The position numbers and the translations under genes are program-made. Below are positions 13,672 through 26,175 of a stretch of 64,000 nt of DNA, one piece after another. The stretch's first letter is position 1. Each line of letters starts with the position of its first letter. The DNA is from Octopus sinensis (Eukaryota). The stretch is from NCBI RefSeq assembly GCF_006345805.1, contig NC_043003.1, forward strand, positions 89,280,001 to 89,344,000. The letters are read 5' to 3'. Below the pieces are notes generated by a model. The model did no database searches. It was not told the DNA's origin and saw only the letters and a list, made by a program, of their open reading frames with translations.

Positions 13672-13818
13672 TTTACATTTGTCGGCTATCTCTTGCGAAG
13701 AACACCAAACACTGGGCGGCACATTGCAGTCCGTTGGAAATGTCTCCGACATCAGATTACCAGCTAGCATTATTAGACTGATAAAAGCTATCATCATGTT
13801 AAGTGGAAGGAAAGCCAT
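13672..13818 (-). CDS. IFI30: GILT/IFI30-like thiol reductase, coding exon 1 (signal peptide + start of saposin-A domain)
   Basis: MAFLPLNMMIAFISLIMLAGNLMSETFPTDCNVPPSVWCSSQEIADKCK, then GTAAGT donor at 13671. The start could be ATG 13818 or ATG 13797. The ORF-track start at 13839 is TTG. Confidence 0.85.
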
Positions 13819-14569
13819 GACTGAAATGAAATAGGTCAATGAGAGAAGGAAAAGACTTCAAGTCAACTGCTTTTATTTTCAATAATAATGATGTTCTTAG
13901 TTGCATACACACACCCGTGTGCGTGTCTGTACCTTTAAAATGTTATTAGAAACATTTCTCGACATAGTTACAATATTTGAAAAAAAAATTTTCTTCAATT
14001 AAAATTATTAATTATATTTAAAGATTTATTAAAAAAAAAAAGAAAGATTGACGCATCTGACGGTCTGTGTTGATCTGTATTTTTTTTTTCATCTTTTACT
14101 TGTTTCAGTCAGTAAACTACGACCATGCTGGGGCACCGCCTTAAAGAATTTTAGTCAAATAAAATCAACTCCAGTACTTATAATTTTCTAAAGCCTGGAA
14201 CTTATTCTATCGACTCCCTTTGCTGAATCGCTAAGGCACAGGGACGTAAGCACACCAACACCGGTAGCCAAGCGGCGGTGGGAGACACACACACACGACG
14301 AGTTTCTTTCAATTTCCGTCTACCAAATCCACTCACAAGCCTTTGGTCAGCCCAAAGCTATAGTAGAAGACACTTGCTCAAGGAGCCATGCAGTAGGACT
14401 GAACCTAGAACCATGTGGTGGGAAGAAAACCTGATGGGTTTTTTCTATATAATTAATAATTTATAATTTAAGAATTTTTTCAAATATGCTTGTGTGTGTG
14501 TATGCATTATGTAGAATCTAAAGTGCTAGAGGTGTGAAATGTGTGGCTGCATATGCCTTTCCAAGGCTG

Positions 14570-14850
14570 GGTATGTCGATCATCTGAAGTTCCATGAAAG
14601 TCCCATATATGCAACAACCTTCCTCCTAAACATGTAGATTCAATGTGTGTTGGCATGGTTTCTATGGCTGGATGCTCTTCCTAACACCTACTGCTTTACA
14701 GAGTATGCTGGGTGCTTTTATGTGGCACTGCATGGGCACTTTTACATGGTGTTGCACAAGCACTTTTACGTGACACTGCCATGAGTGCTTTTTACCACCA
14801 GAGGGACCAGTATTAACACTTCTGCTGTGGAGTACAGGTCTTCTTGAATA
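14570..14850 (-). mobile_element. Degenerate RTE 3' end
   Basis: GGCTGGATGCTCTTCCTAACACC motif. Confidence 0.6.
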
Positions 14851-16319
14851 CTGCATTTTTGACTCTGAGGAAAAAAAAATATTTACAAATGTTCACTACC
14901 TTACAAAAACTATATCAGCTAAACAAATGACCTTCTCTAAAAACACTATTTCAGAATACTACCACCATTCTCTTTGAGCATGTAAAAGATGAATTTAGCT
15001 GGGGTAAAATGAATAAGACAAGTAAATTTGCCTCTTCAATTCTTCAGAATTACATTTGGAGAAAGACTCGTACACATCAATATCCATCCTTAGACATAAG
15101 AAAAATCAGAAATGCAACAAAAATTTTAAATATTTAAGTCAAATGAAAGAGAATGGGAAAATGACACATGAAATGAAATTAACTAATCTCAACAAAATCT
15201 AAAACTTCAATATAAAATATTCTCTATAGTTTCTTCATGGTCTACTGAAGTGGCCCCCTTCTCGTTATATTTACACACCATGCAATTAAAGAATAGAAAT
15301 TGAAGTTAGCCATGATTCATTTTGCTCTAATTTAGACCTTTCTTTTGAAGATTGAAAATTATCAAATTAGACATTAGTGTGGGAAATCCAATAGAGAAAA
15401 GAATATAGTTAAACACCAAAAATTATCCAGATATTTTAATAGTAACAATTGGATCAAAGTTGAGGAAAAAGTTCTTGAAAAATAAAGTAACTGTCTCCAG
15501 GTGAGGCTCATGTGGGTGCTTGGCTGTTCCAATGCCTCAGCCCCCACCATTGCCTGTGGTAATGCCGCGTGCATGTTGGCTTGCGTTAGTAGGTCCTGTT
15601 GAACCATGTGGTGTGTGACCAATTGAATCAATGTGTTTTTTCCTTTCTTTGTTCCTCTTTTATCACTTTTTCTCTCCTGGTTTTGGTTTGTATTTTTAAT
15701 GTGGTTTTGTATTATGAATATATCATATACATATGTGTTATATTCCAACAAAAATAGGTTTCATTAGTCGCCACCTAACTGTTTCAAAATCTTTCAACTT
15801 CAACAATAACAACTAAACTGAACAATTTTTACTTCGAAAGAGGATGCTACAGTACAAACTGATGATGCAATACCTGCAATGTAATGATTTCAAACAAGTA
15901 GGGAGAAAATAAACAAGAAATCAAACATTACTTATTTTGCCCGGGTTACCATATTTCTAAATGAAAATTCGTCTATGTTTCTGATGGTGTGGATTGCAAT
16001 AATGTCGGAATTTGATGTGAAAATAATATGGTTGGGTGGGGAACAGGTAATTCACGCACCTTGGCCTTTGTTTCCTCATACGTTTTGCCAGATCTATGAA
16101 AAAGGTTTTCACAACAAATTTTGATATAATCGTTATCTAGTTGTCTGAACAATATATCTGGAAAATTTAATGAAAAGCATGCATTTTTCCGAAGGCTATG
16201 AAGAAACAAAGTCGATTATATCAAAATTAAAACAATTTTGAAGTATTCTAATTTTATTGTCAACATTAATGAAATGTATCGAACTTAGTTTTTAATTCAA
16301 TTATTTAGAAAGTAGAAAA

Positions 16320-16546
16320 GACGCGCGAATAATACGAATCGAAGCAAACGAACGTCGCGTGACTTCTTCCTTCTTTACATTCTCTCCATTCCGAAGTCAT
16401 GAAATAAACAGCGTTTGAACTTCCGGCGAGAAGCGGAAGTTGTTATTTCTCCAACACATGTTTTAATCGACGGCGTAAATTGCGGCTTTTCTCTTCTTTA
16501 TTCTCGTGTTTTTCCTTTCGAGGTTCTTCATAAGCTGAAAGGGAAC
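16320..16546. promoter_or_regulatory. CpG-rich putative POLR3A promoter with an inverted pair of ETS-type sites
   Basis: AACTTCCG (16418-16425) + 8 nt + CGGAAGTT (16434-16441), with local CpG enrichment just upstream of the ATG. Confidence 0.6.
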
Positions 16547-16590
16547 ATGGTCAAAGTACAGTTTCGTGAAGCCGATGTGGCTAAGAAAAT
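16547..16590 (+). CDS. POLR3A: RNA polymerase III largest subunit RPC1, coding exon 1
   Basis: MVKVQFREADVAKK+AT, GTAAGT donor. Matches the RPC1 N-terminus (MVKEQFRETDVAKKI). Confidence 0.92.
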
Positions 16591-17479
16591 GTAAGTCTTC
16601 CATTTGAAATCCATTATTGGGACTCTTCATTATAATATTGCAATTCCACCGTATAATGATGTTTACTCTCCAAATAAACACAATAACAATTTAAAAAAAG
16701 ATTTCTTTGACTCTAATTAAAATTACTATTTCTTTTATACTGTTTGACAAGTCTAGTTAATCAGATTATTGTTAATTCAAGAATATAAAAATAATACGTT
16801 TATTTTTGTTAAAGATAAATGTTAACAAGACGTACCAAGTGCGCCCCGAACCCACGTCTCCTGGCGCTGTTTTTATATCTTCTATTTTCATCGTCCATAT
16901 TTACAGTCGATATATAACATGTATTTCTTTCGGATTTTGTCGGGCAACACATTTGATTCCTTTCATTTGCAATGTCTTCATATTGTGCATGAAAAAATTC
17001 TGGTCAAAATTGCTTTGTGGTTTTGCCAAGAATGTTGCTCAAGTTAATCCTAAAACTCAGGTTTTGACAATGTGATTGCTAAGAATAATAATCCCTTCTA
17101 CTATAGACAGAGGGCCTGAAATTTTTGCGGAGGGGGTCTAGTCGATTACGTCGATCCCAGTGCACAATTAGTACTCATTTTATCAATTCTAAAAGGATGA
17201 AAAACAGTCTACCTCGGCGGAATTTGAATTCAGAACGTAAAGACGTGTGAGGTGTCCGATGTAAAGACGTCCGGTGTGCTAATAATCGTTTTTTCTAAAA
17301 TAAACAAGAACTTTTAGGGAAAGGAGTATAGTCTTTAGGCTATCCTTCGTCTTTTAACTTAAATCAACCCTAGTATTTGGCAGATACTTATTTGGGTTAA
17401 TGTTGACATTATTACCAAGAAACGAAATCGGAAAAAAAAAAAAAAATTAGTGCAACAGGTGTTAAAAAAGGTGTAGAAA

Positions 17480-17705
17480 ACGAATCTGAAAGCAAAAATG
17501 TGCAGAGAGCAATGGGGGTGGGAAGAGACCTTTGGAAAATTCACAAGATCCGATGTTTTTCCCTCGTAACTTTGAGGAAAATCGATATCTTTCCAAGAAA
17601 CGAATCTGAAATAAAAAAAATGCGTGGAAATCAACGAGGGCTGGGGGAACTTCGAAAAATTCACAAGACTCAAGTCTTTCCCTCGTAACTTTGAGGAAAA
17701 TATAA
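17480..17705. repeat. About 115-bp tandem repeat x2
   Basis: AACGAATCTGAAA...AAATTCACAAGA...TTTCCCTCGTAACTTTGAGGAAAA occurs twice. Confidence 0.7.
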
Positions 17706-18268
17706 ACTTGGATGCTAAACATCTCTTTGAAGGGTTTGAGTCCTTACTTCTACTATACACACACACACACACACACACACACATGATAGGATGAAAGGCA
17801 AATATCAATCTTTGTGAGATGGCTGTAACTAAATATTAAGAAGGTATTTTGTTTGCTCCACTACTAACTCTGGAAGAATCGTTAGCATGCCGGGAAAAAT
17901 GCTTAGTGGCATTTCGTCCTGCTTTACTTTCTGAGTTCAAATTCCATCGAAGTCAGCTTTGCCTTTTCGTCCTTTTGGGAAACCAATATGACCTTTTAAT
18001 TATTCCCACTTTGCATTTTCAAGCATAATTTTGTTAGTAAACGTTTATTGTTCTAGAAACCCAAAATTTGTTGCATTTCTCTGATATGGTTAACTGACAG
18101 TTCCACAGTGGATTTGTCAGCGAGGTCATAGAAGTGTGATGAATCTGTTTGGCATTATCATAAAAAATAAACAAAAACGACAGTAACAGCTTTTTGTGTA
18201 TCCTTTAATATTTAAAATGACTCTTCTACAATATAATTATTGCAGTTTCAGCAATGATCTTTCTGTCA

Positions 18269-18302
<34 letters not shown>

Positions 18303-18464
18303 CCAATAACAAACAAGAGGATGTGCACAAGGAATGTATGAGTTTGACACTCAGTAAAAAGAGAGTTTTTGACATTTTGAGCATATCTATTCATTGGAAA
18401 GGAGAAAGGAAAAAGTCCAAAGAAGGAAACGAAACTGCATATGTAGTTACACTGCTGAAGTATA

Positions 18465-18662
18465 TACCTTTTTGTTTCAGTCATTTGACTGCGGCCATGC
18501 TGGAGTACCGCCTTTAGTCAAACAAATCAACCCTAAGACTTATTCTTTGTCACCCTAGTACTTATTCTATCAGTCTCTTTTTGCCAAACCGCTAATTTAT
18601 GGGGATGTAAACACACCAACATTGGTTGTCAAATGATGGTGGGAAACAAACAGAGACACACA

Positions 18663-18714
<52 letters not shown>

Positions 18715-19280
18715 ACAGGCTTCTTTCAGTTTTCGTCTATCAAATCCACTCTGAAGGCTTTGGATGGCCCAAGGCTATAGCAGAAGACACTTGCCCGAGG
18801 TGCCATGCAGTGGGACTGAACCCAGAACTATGTGGTTGGTAAGCAAGCTACTTACCATACAGTAACTCCTGCACCTATTTTTATAAACTATATTCTTTTA
18901 TTTGTTTGTCATTTGACTGTGGCCATGCTGGAGCACTGCCTTTAGCTGACCAGATCGACCCCAGGACTTATTCTTTGTAAGCCGGGTACTTATTCTATCA
19001 GTCTCTTTTGCTGAACTGGTATGGGGGGATGTAAACACACCAACATTGGTTGTCAAGTGATGGTGGGGGGACAAACATAGACATACAAATACAGACATAT
19101 ATATACATACAACCGGCTTCTTTCAGTTTCCATCTACTAAATCGACTCACGAGGGTTTAGTAGATGGAAATTGATGCTATAGTGGAAGACACCTGCTGAT
19201 GTGCCGCGTACTGGCACTGAACCTGGAACCATGTGGTTGAGAAGCAAACTTCTTACCACACAGCCACTCCTGTGCCTATG
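18465..19280 (-). mobile_element. Head-to-tail pair of tRNA-derived SINEs (family 1, internal microsatellite)
   Basis: A-box-like TGGCTGTGTGG, B-box-like GGTTCAGTCCC, GGCACCTCGGGCAAGTG CORE-like segment, tail GGCGGTACTCCAGCATGGCCGCAGTC. Other copies at about 8500-8680, 14090-14430, 39645-39810, 42050-42405, 49840-50585 (pair), 53590-53760, 54030-54210 and 57440-57620. Confidence 0.8.
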
Positions 19281-21870
19281 GATCAAAACAGTTTAATTCA
19301 AATTTATTGGTACTCTGAGTTTCAAGCATGATGCTAGTCTTCAGCCATTTTGAATTTGAATGAAAGAAGTTAATTGTTATTACCATAAGGTGGGCTGCGA
19401 TTGGTCAAGGAAGGTCACACTGTCGTGGATTGATGTTGGTATATCAGTATATCATCAACAATAGTTAGTTGGAAAAGACTGTGTGGTGGACAGGAAATAG
19501 GTCAGGTTGTTGGAAGGGGCGATATGTGTAAGTATGTAATTGTATGTAGGTGTGTGGATGCACTCATATGGTTTTGCATGCATGGGGGTATTGATGCAAT
19601 TGTGCACGCCCACACACACAAACACACATGTATGAACATGCGTGTGCAGACATACACATGTACACAGACATTTATTTATATGTACATATGTATATATGCA
19701 TGTATATTAGTGTGTGTGCACACACGCATGGGCATGCACATGTGTACTCATGCGCATGCATGAGTATACATGCGCATAACAAGGGATTGGTAATTGGCGG
19801 TCCTGCTCATAAGGTTGGTTGGTGATGGTGACCTTGGTGCAGGTGGTGCAGAGTAGTAGCTGGTACTAAGGTGGTATATCTGGGTTGTTGGCAGTCAGAG
19901 GCTTGAAATTTGCCAGAAGGGCATACTTCTGGTCACAGCAATAAGATAAATTGTTTTTCTTGTTGATGGATATTGTAGGTTGTTGGTGGATGTGCAGTTA
20001 GTAATGCCATTGGATGGTGTAAGATTGGCTCTGTATACTACAGCCCTTGAAAGGCAGGATCTTTCTAGAGGGCACATGGTGGGGTTTCAATAGTTGCAGG
20101 TTGGAGTTGGTGCAAGTGCATTTTTGTGTCTGTTGATGTAAGTGATTTTAGATGCAATGTTGTCTAAGCAGGAGTACCTCACTTTGACATTATGGTGGAG
20201 TTGAAGAGTTTGTAATACTTGTGGCCACTGGGGAAGTGTTTCTCAATTAATGACAGGAAGCCTCTAGCTATGTTAGTGGAAACTTCTAGGTTGAAATGGG
20301 GGTTATACTCTATAATTTTCCTTTTTCCAATCCTTTTGGGGTGTTTGGGGGTTGTCCACATACATGAGCTTCTCAGTAAACCTGCTCCTAGCCAAAGCAT
20401 TATTGTAGTGGGAGGAGGGGGCCTTGTTAAAGATCTCTCTATTGGCCAAGAGATTAGATAATCATTTGCTAATGCCTGAAACCAGGTTTCTAATTACAGT
20501 GGGGGGATGGTTTGAGCTATTGTGGATGTATACTGTTTCCTTGTTAGGCTTCTTGTATGGGTAATACTTGTTTGTATTCAGGTGTAAGGTTATGTTCGAG
20601 AAATCGACCATAATCAGGTTGGTGGTAACTGTTATAGACAGGCCAAACTCCTTAAATATTTTTATCAAGTCCTTCCTGAACCTCTCCATGGTGTGGCTGA
20701 TTATATGACTTGAGATAGCCCTCTATAGCCAGAATTGACTTTCTGGCATTCATGATAATTCTGATATCAAGATCACTAATGCTGGTATATTGCTCAGTAA
20801 AAGTTAGGGCCTTCAGAAGGAGGGGCTTAGATATGAATGGGTAGAAATCGACAATGTCAAATTGGGTGAATCTGCAGGCTGATTTATTCTCAATACCATG
20901 TAACCAGTTGATCACAGTTGCACTGAAGATCCATTCAGTCAGCTTTGTAGTCCTTTTGATATTGGAGTTGATATCCCCACCATGTGCCCTCTAGAAGGAT
21001 CCTGCCTTTCAAGGGTCATAATATTCAGAGCCACCCTTACACCATCCGATGGCATTACTAGGTACAATATGGGTGTGACAGCTAATGGCTTCAAGGGAAG
21101 ATACTCCCAATATATGCACTCATTCAAATCCAGGGACAGAGAGAATACCTTCCTGTCTCGTTTCCTCTGGAGACTCTGTGACCTCTGAGACAAAATACCC
21201 AGCATCAAGTGGACTATTGTTGACAGAGCGCCGCCATATTCACCCGGCACAGCTCTGCCACCACAAAAAACTGCATATCCTCCAAGAACCAGCAGTATCC
21301 ATCAACAAGAAATACGATTTATCTTATTGCTGTTTCCAGAGGTATGCCCTTCTGGCAAATTTCAAACCTCTCACTGCTGACAACCTGGATATACCACCTT
21401 AGTACCAGTTGCTACCCTGCACCAAGGTCACCGTCACCAACTAACCCCATGAGCAGGACTGCCAATTACCAATTCCCAATGCTTGTTATGTGCATGTATA
21501 CCCATGCTGTGCGAAAGTATGCATGTATATGCCCATGTGTGCATGCATATATACATATGTACATATAAATGGATATGCATGTGTGTATGTTCATATGTAT
21601 ATGTATGTGGGTGTGCATGCCCATGTACAGATGTGCATGCTCACATCAATACTCCCATGCATACAAAACCATATGAGTGCATCTACACACCCACATATAC
21701 AACTACATACTGCCCCTTCCTCCTTCCAACAACTCAACTGATTTCCTGTTTATCACACAGTCGATCTCTTCACCATGCAGTATTTTCCAAATGACTGTTG
21801 TTGCTGGTATACCAATATACCTACATCATACCATGACACCATGTGACCTTCCTTGACCAATCATAGCCCA
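19280..21870. mobile_element. Penelope-like element with inverted EN+LTR arm
   Basis: Minus strand: RT C-terminal remnants (YPYKKPNKETVYIHNSSNHPP) and a GIY-YIG remnant. Plus strand: GIY-YIG (CPLEGSCL...YNMGVTANGFKGRY...SF) at 20982-21188. The arms about 19385-20085 and 20975-21870 are inverted repeats. Confidence 0.8.
19308..19347 (-). ncRNA. Hammerhead-like motif at the 3' end of a Penelope-like element
   Basis: UGG-CUGAAGA-CUAGCAUCAUGCUU-GAA-ACUC(A)GAGU-A-CCA, followed by AAUAAA. Confidence 0.6.
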
Positions 21871-21872
21871 TC

Positions 21873-24800
21873 ATCATTTAACATCTGTTGTCCATGTTGG
21901 CATGGGTTGGATGGTTTGACCAGGGCTGGCAAGCTGCACCAGACTCCAGTCAGATATGGCATAGTTTTCTACAGCTAGATGCTCTTCCTAATGCCAACCA
22001 CTCCAAGAGTGTAGTGGGTGCTTTTACGTGTTACTGGCATTTGTGTGTCACTGGTATCTGCTATAACTGTGAGTTTGCTCGGCTTGATGGGTCTTCTCAA
22101 GCACGACATAATACCAAATGTCTTGGTCATTGCCTCTGTGAGGCCCAACACTTGAAAGGAATCTGAAAGGAACTCAGCTACTATGCCTCCATGAGGCCCA
22201 ACACTCAATAGGAACTCGGTCACTTTGCCTCTGTGTGGACAAATGCTCAGAAGGAACTCAGCCATTTTGCCTCCATGCGGCCCAATGCTTGAAAGGAACT
22301 CTGCCACTTTGCCTCCATGAGGCCCAATGCTCAAATGGTGCACTTTACATGCCACCAACATCAGCCACGACTACAATTTCACTTGGCTTGATGGGTCTTC
22401 TCAAGCACAGTCTATGTTTCACTGCCAAGTAGCATGGCTATTTGCTCACAGGCATCATACAATCTGCCTTTCACTTTGAGAGAGAGAGGCCCTTTGTTGC
22501 CAATAGAGGTAGGAGCTCTGTGAACTTTGCCCAGCCTATTCTTATTCTCACAGTTACACACTTGGATCATCCCCCTCCACTGCTAACTTGGTCACCAAGA
22601 TAATGGAAGCTATCTACTACCTCTAGCTTGCCTGCCTGGCAGTTGATTGGGCCTATTTTCTGCTGCAAAAATGCCTCCCCCCATTACAAAATCCATGATA
22701 TTATATAGTACTTATTTGTTACGATGAATTAACATTTATAAAACAATATTTTAGGAATAAATACTTTACTTACTGGTTTCGTACAGCCTGTAGTCCAAAA
22801 TATATATTCTTAATGTTTACTTTTACGAAACCTCCTTATTTTAACTGTTTAATGCACCAGCTTCCTCCATTGAAACATTTCAAAATGTAATGTGTGAAAT
22901 GAGATGTGATAAAAAAAAATACAATTGTTTAAAGTCTCATCTTTCTTGCTTTTGATGAGGCACCCCCACCCCTCAATTGGCACCCAGGGCACGTACCCCA
23001 CCTCTCCGTTATGCTACTATTTATTGTACCTGTGCATCTTCCACACACAAAAGCTATTTTCCTTGTTAACTTTCTTCTGATATTGCTGCACCTCTTATGT
23101 GTCCAAAGCTTACACCAAGTACATCTTATGGAGTTACTATTTATGCCCTTTCTACATATCAAGCAGGGCCATCTACCTGAAGGGATTTGGGATTTGTCTG
23201 CCTTCCTACTTACCAAAACTTTGATTTTTGCTAGATTAACTCTAAATCCTTTTGTTTCTAGACCTTGCTTCTACACCTAGAACGTCTTCTCTAGTTGTGG
23301 TAGTGATTCTGCTATAAGAACAAGGTCAACAGCATAGAGGAGCCCCCTGAGGCAGCCTGTCTGTTATTGCCTGGAGGACTATAATGAACAAGAGGGAGCT
23401 GAGGACTGATCCTTGGTGAACCTCAACTTGTACCCTGAATTCTTTGCTGTACTCATTGTCGATCCTCACCTTACTGGTAGTGTCCCTGCACAAGGCTTGT
23501 ACAGCTCTCACCAGCCACTCATCTATCCCTAGTTTCTGCATTGACCACTTGATAAAGGATCGGGGACCCTGACAAAGGCTTTCTCTGAGTCAAAAAAAGC
23601 CAAGTACAGAGAGGTTCATCTTTGGCTACATATTTCTCCTGTAGCTGCCTTACCAGAAATATAGCATCAGTGGTGCTTCTATTTGGCACAAAATAAAACT
23701 GCATCGCATCTAAACTAACTCTCTCTCTAATTAGTTGGGCTATCAAATTTTTTGATGTTGACAATGGTGTAAATATACCTAGATAAGTTCACAGTGCCCC
23801 ATTTCCAGACTGTGAAATGTATTAGGTGCATTTTATGTGGCACCAGCACTGGTATCAATTCTGCTGTGGCAGACGGGTCTTTTGACATCAGGTATCTCGG
23901 TCCTTAGTCATCTCCTTCATAAGGTTCAATGGCTTGAGATCAGCCTTCAGTACTTCGTCACATGTCTTCCTGAGTCTCCTTCTTTTACAAGTTCCATTTA
24001 CTATAAGTGATAAGCACTTCTGTATGCAACTGTCTACATTCATATGCATCACATGACTAAACCAGCACAGTCTTTTCTCTTGCACACTGCATCTAATTCC
24101 TCTTATACCTAGCTTTTCCCTTAGTATACTAGCACTCTGTCGTACATGTACACTTTCATTGCACATCCAGCGAAGCATACTAGCTTCATTCCACTTTTGC
24201 CTTTGCATGTCATCTGCATTCAGGGTCCATTTAGCATTGCTGTTCATATGCATCATACAATCTTCCTTTCACTTGGAGAAATTGACCTTTGGTTGCCAAC
24301 AATGGTAAAAGCTCTCTGAATTTTCCCCATCCTATTCTTATTCTAGCGATTACACTTTCCAAGCATCCTCCCACACAACTAATTATCTCCCCTCTGTAGC
24401 AGAAATTGTCCAATACCTCTAAAGGGCCTCTGGGGCATTTGAGAAAATCGATTTCCTGAGTATCTGTAGTTTTTATGGCTCCTGTGCATCTTACACATAC
24501 AAACACTATCTTTGATAACATTCCTATTATTCCACTGCACCTCTTGTGTGTCCATAGCTTGCACTGGGCACAATGTATAGAGTTCCTACCTACACCTTTT
24601 CTACATATTGAGCAGGGCCATTTATCTGATGGGGGACGAGTCCTGTTTAATTTCTTGCTTACTAAAACCTTAGTCTTTTCTAAGCTAATTTTAAGGCCTT
24701 TTGATTTCAGGTTTTGCTTCTACACCTGAAATTTCCTTTCTAGTTCTTTTACAGAATCTGCTATAAGAGCAAGATCATCAGCATATAACAGTTTCCAGGG

Positions 24801-25075
24801 GCAACCAGTCTTGAATTCCTCTGTTATGGCCTGGCAGGTGATGATTAATAGGAGGGGACTGAGAATCAAACTCTGATGGACACCTACCTCTACACTTTAT
24901 CACTATACTTATGCTTAATTCTCACCTTACTGACAGAACCTCTTTACATAGCTTGTACAGCTTTCACAAACCATTTGCCTACCACTAACTTCCTCAGAGC
25001 CCATCATTTCACACAGCAGGGTTCTCTGTCAAAAGCTAAGTCAACAAATGCCAAGTACAGTGGTTTATTCTTGGT
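21873..25075 (-). mobile_element. Cluster of degenerate RTE fragments
   Basis: 3' UTR with 42-bp repeats (22169-22336). RT fragments at 23011-23764 (VHQGSVLS, STTDAIFLVRQLQEK) and 23888-24870. Confidence 0.85.
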
Positions 25076-25390
25076 CAACATACACAGACAGATGTGCGCA
25101 GACCACATACGTATAAATACAAAACGAAAATATACACACAAATGCATGTGCACATGTATACGCAGTCTAGCTCGCGTGCAAAATCATTTGTATCTATATA
25201 GACTATAAGCTAAATTCATGGATAAGAACACCCCTTCCCCATCCATGAATTTAGCATATAGTCTATATGGGTACAAATGATTTTGCACGCGAGCTAGATT
25301 GCGTATACATATGTGCACATGCATTTGTGTGTATATTTTCGTTTTGTATTTATATGTATGTGGTCTGCGCACATCTATCTGTGTATGTTG
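25076..25390. repeat. Long near-perfect palindrome (148/150-bp arms, 17-nt loop)
   Basis: Arms 25076-25223 and 25241-25390; six mismatches and one 2-nt indel by eye. Confidence 0.9.
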
Positions 25391-25763
25391 ATGTATATAT
25401 GTATAATTTAGTATGAGTATGTACTGTTGTGAAATATTTTAATGCATTTTTATATTTTCTTTATTAATGACTATGTATTTTAACCAAAGATTCGATGTAA
25501 GGTTTTTTCCTCGACTTTTATAATTTTATATATATTTTTATATTTTATATTGAGCTCATTTTTGTTTATCGCTCGAATATGCCCGTTATTTGAAAGGACC
25601 AATCAAACAAGTCCATTTTTAAAGGTGTAGCGTTTATACTAGTCTTGATAGAATTGGCATATCGGTTCTATTTTAACAAAAACTGTCCGACAAATGGGAA
25701 TGTGAAACTCCGAGTAACAGGTTTTGTTGAATTTCCGCTGCTTTTAAATAAAGTATATATATG

Positions 25764-25812
<49 letters not shown>

Positions 25813-25869
25813 TTATGTATATATATATGTATATATATCTATGTATGTATACATATGTATGTATATATA

Positions 25870-26175
25870 TGTATCATCATCATCATCATCGTTTAACGTC
25901 CGTTTTCCGCGCTAGCACGGGTTGGACGGTTTGACCGGGGTCTGGGAAGCCAGGGGCTGCTCCAGGCTCCAGTCTGATCTGGCAGAGTTTCTACGGCTGG
26001 ATGCCCTTCCTAATGCCAACCACTCCGCGAGTGTAGTGGGTGCTTTTTACGTGCCACCTGCACAGGTGCCAGGGGGGGTCCGGCATCGGTCACGATCGGT
26101 TCGAGCTTTTAACGTGCCAGCGGCACGGAAGCCAGCCAAGGCGGCGCTGGCATCGGCCACGTTCGGATGGTGCTT
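25870..26175 (-). mobile_element. RTE 3' UTR fragment
   Basis: (CAT)n-CGTTTAACGTCCG tail next to (TA)n. Confidence 0.8.

Noticed and set aside
13822-13832. Interferon-response-like GAAATGAAA upstream of GILT
   Set aside because: Short motif expected by chance in AT-rich DNA, and it overlaps the probable 5' UTR.
15374-16209. ORFs of 125 aa and 78 aa between the two genes
   Set aside because: No recognisable homology; at least the 78-aa ORF starts at TTG, not ATG. Not called as CDS.
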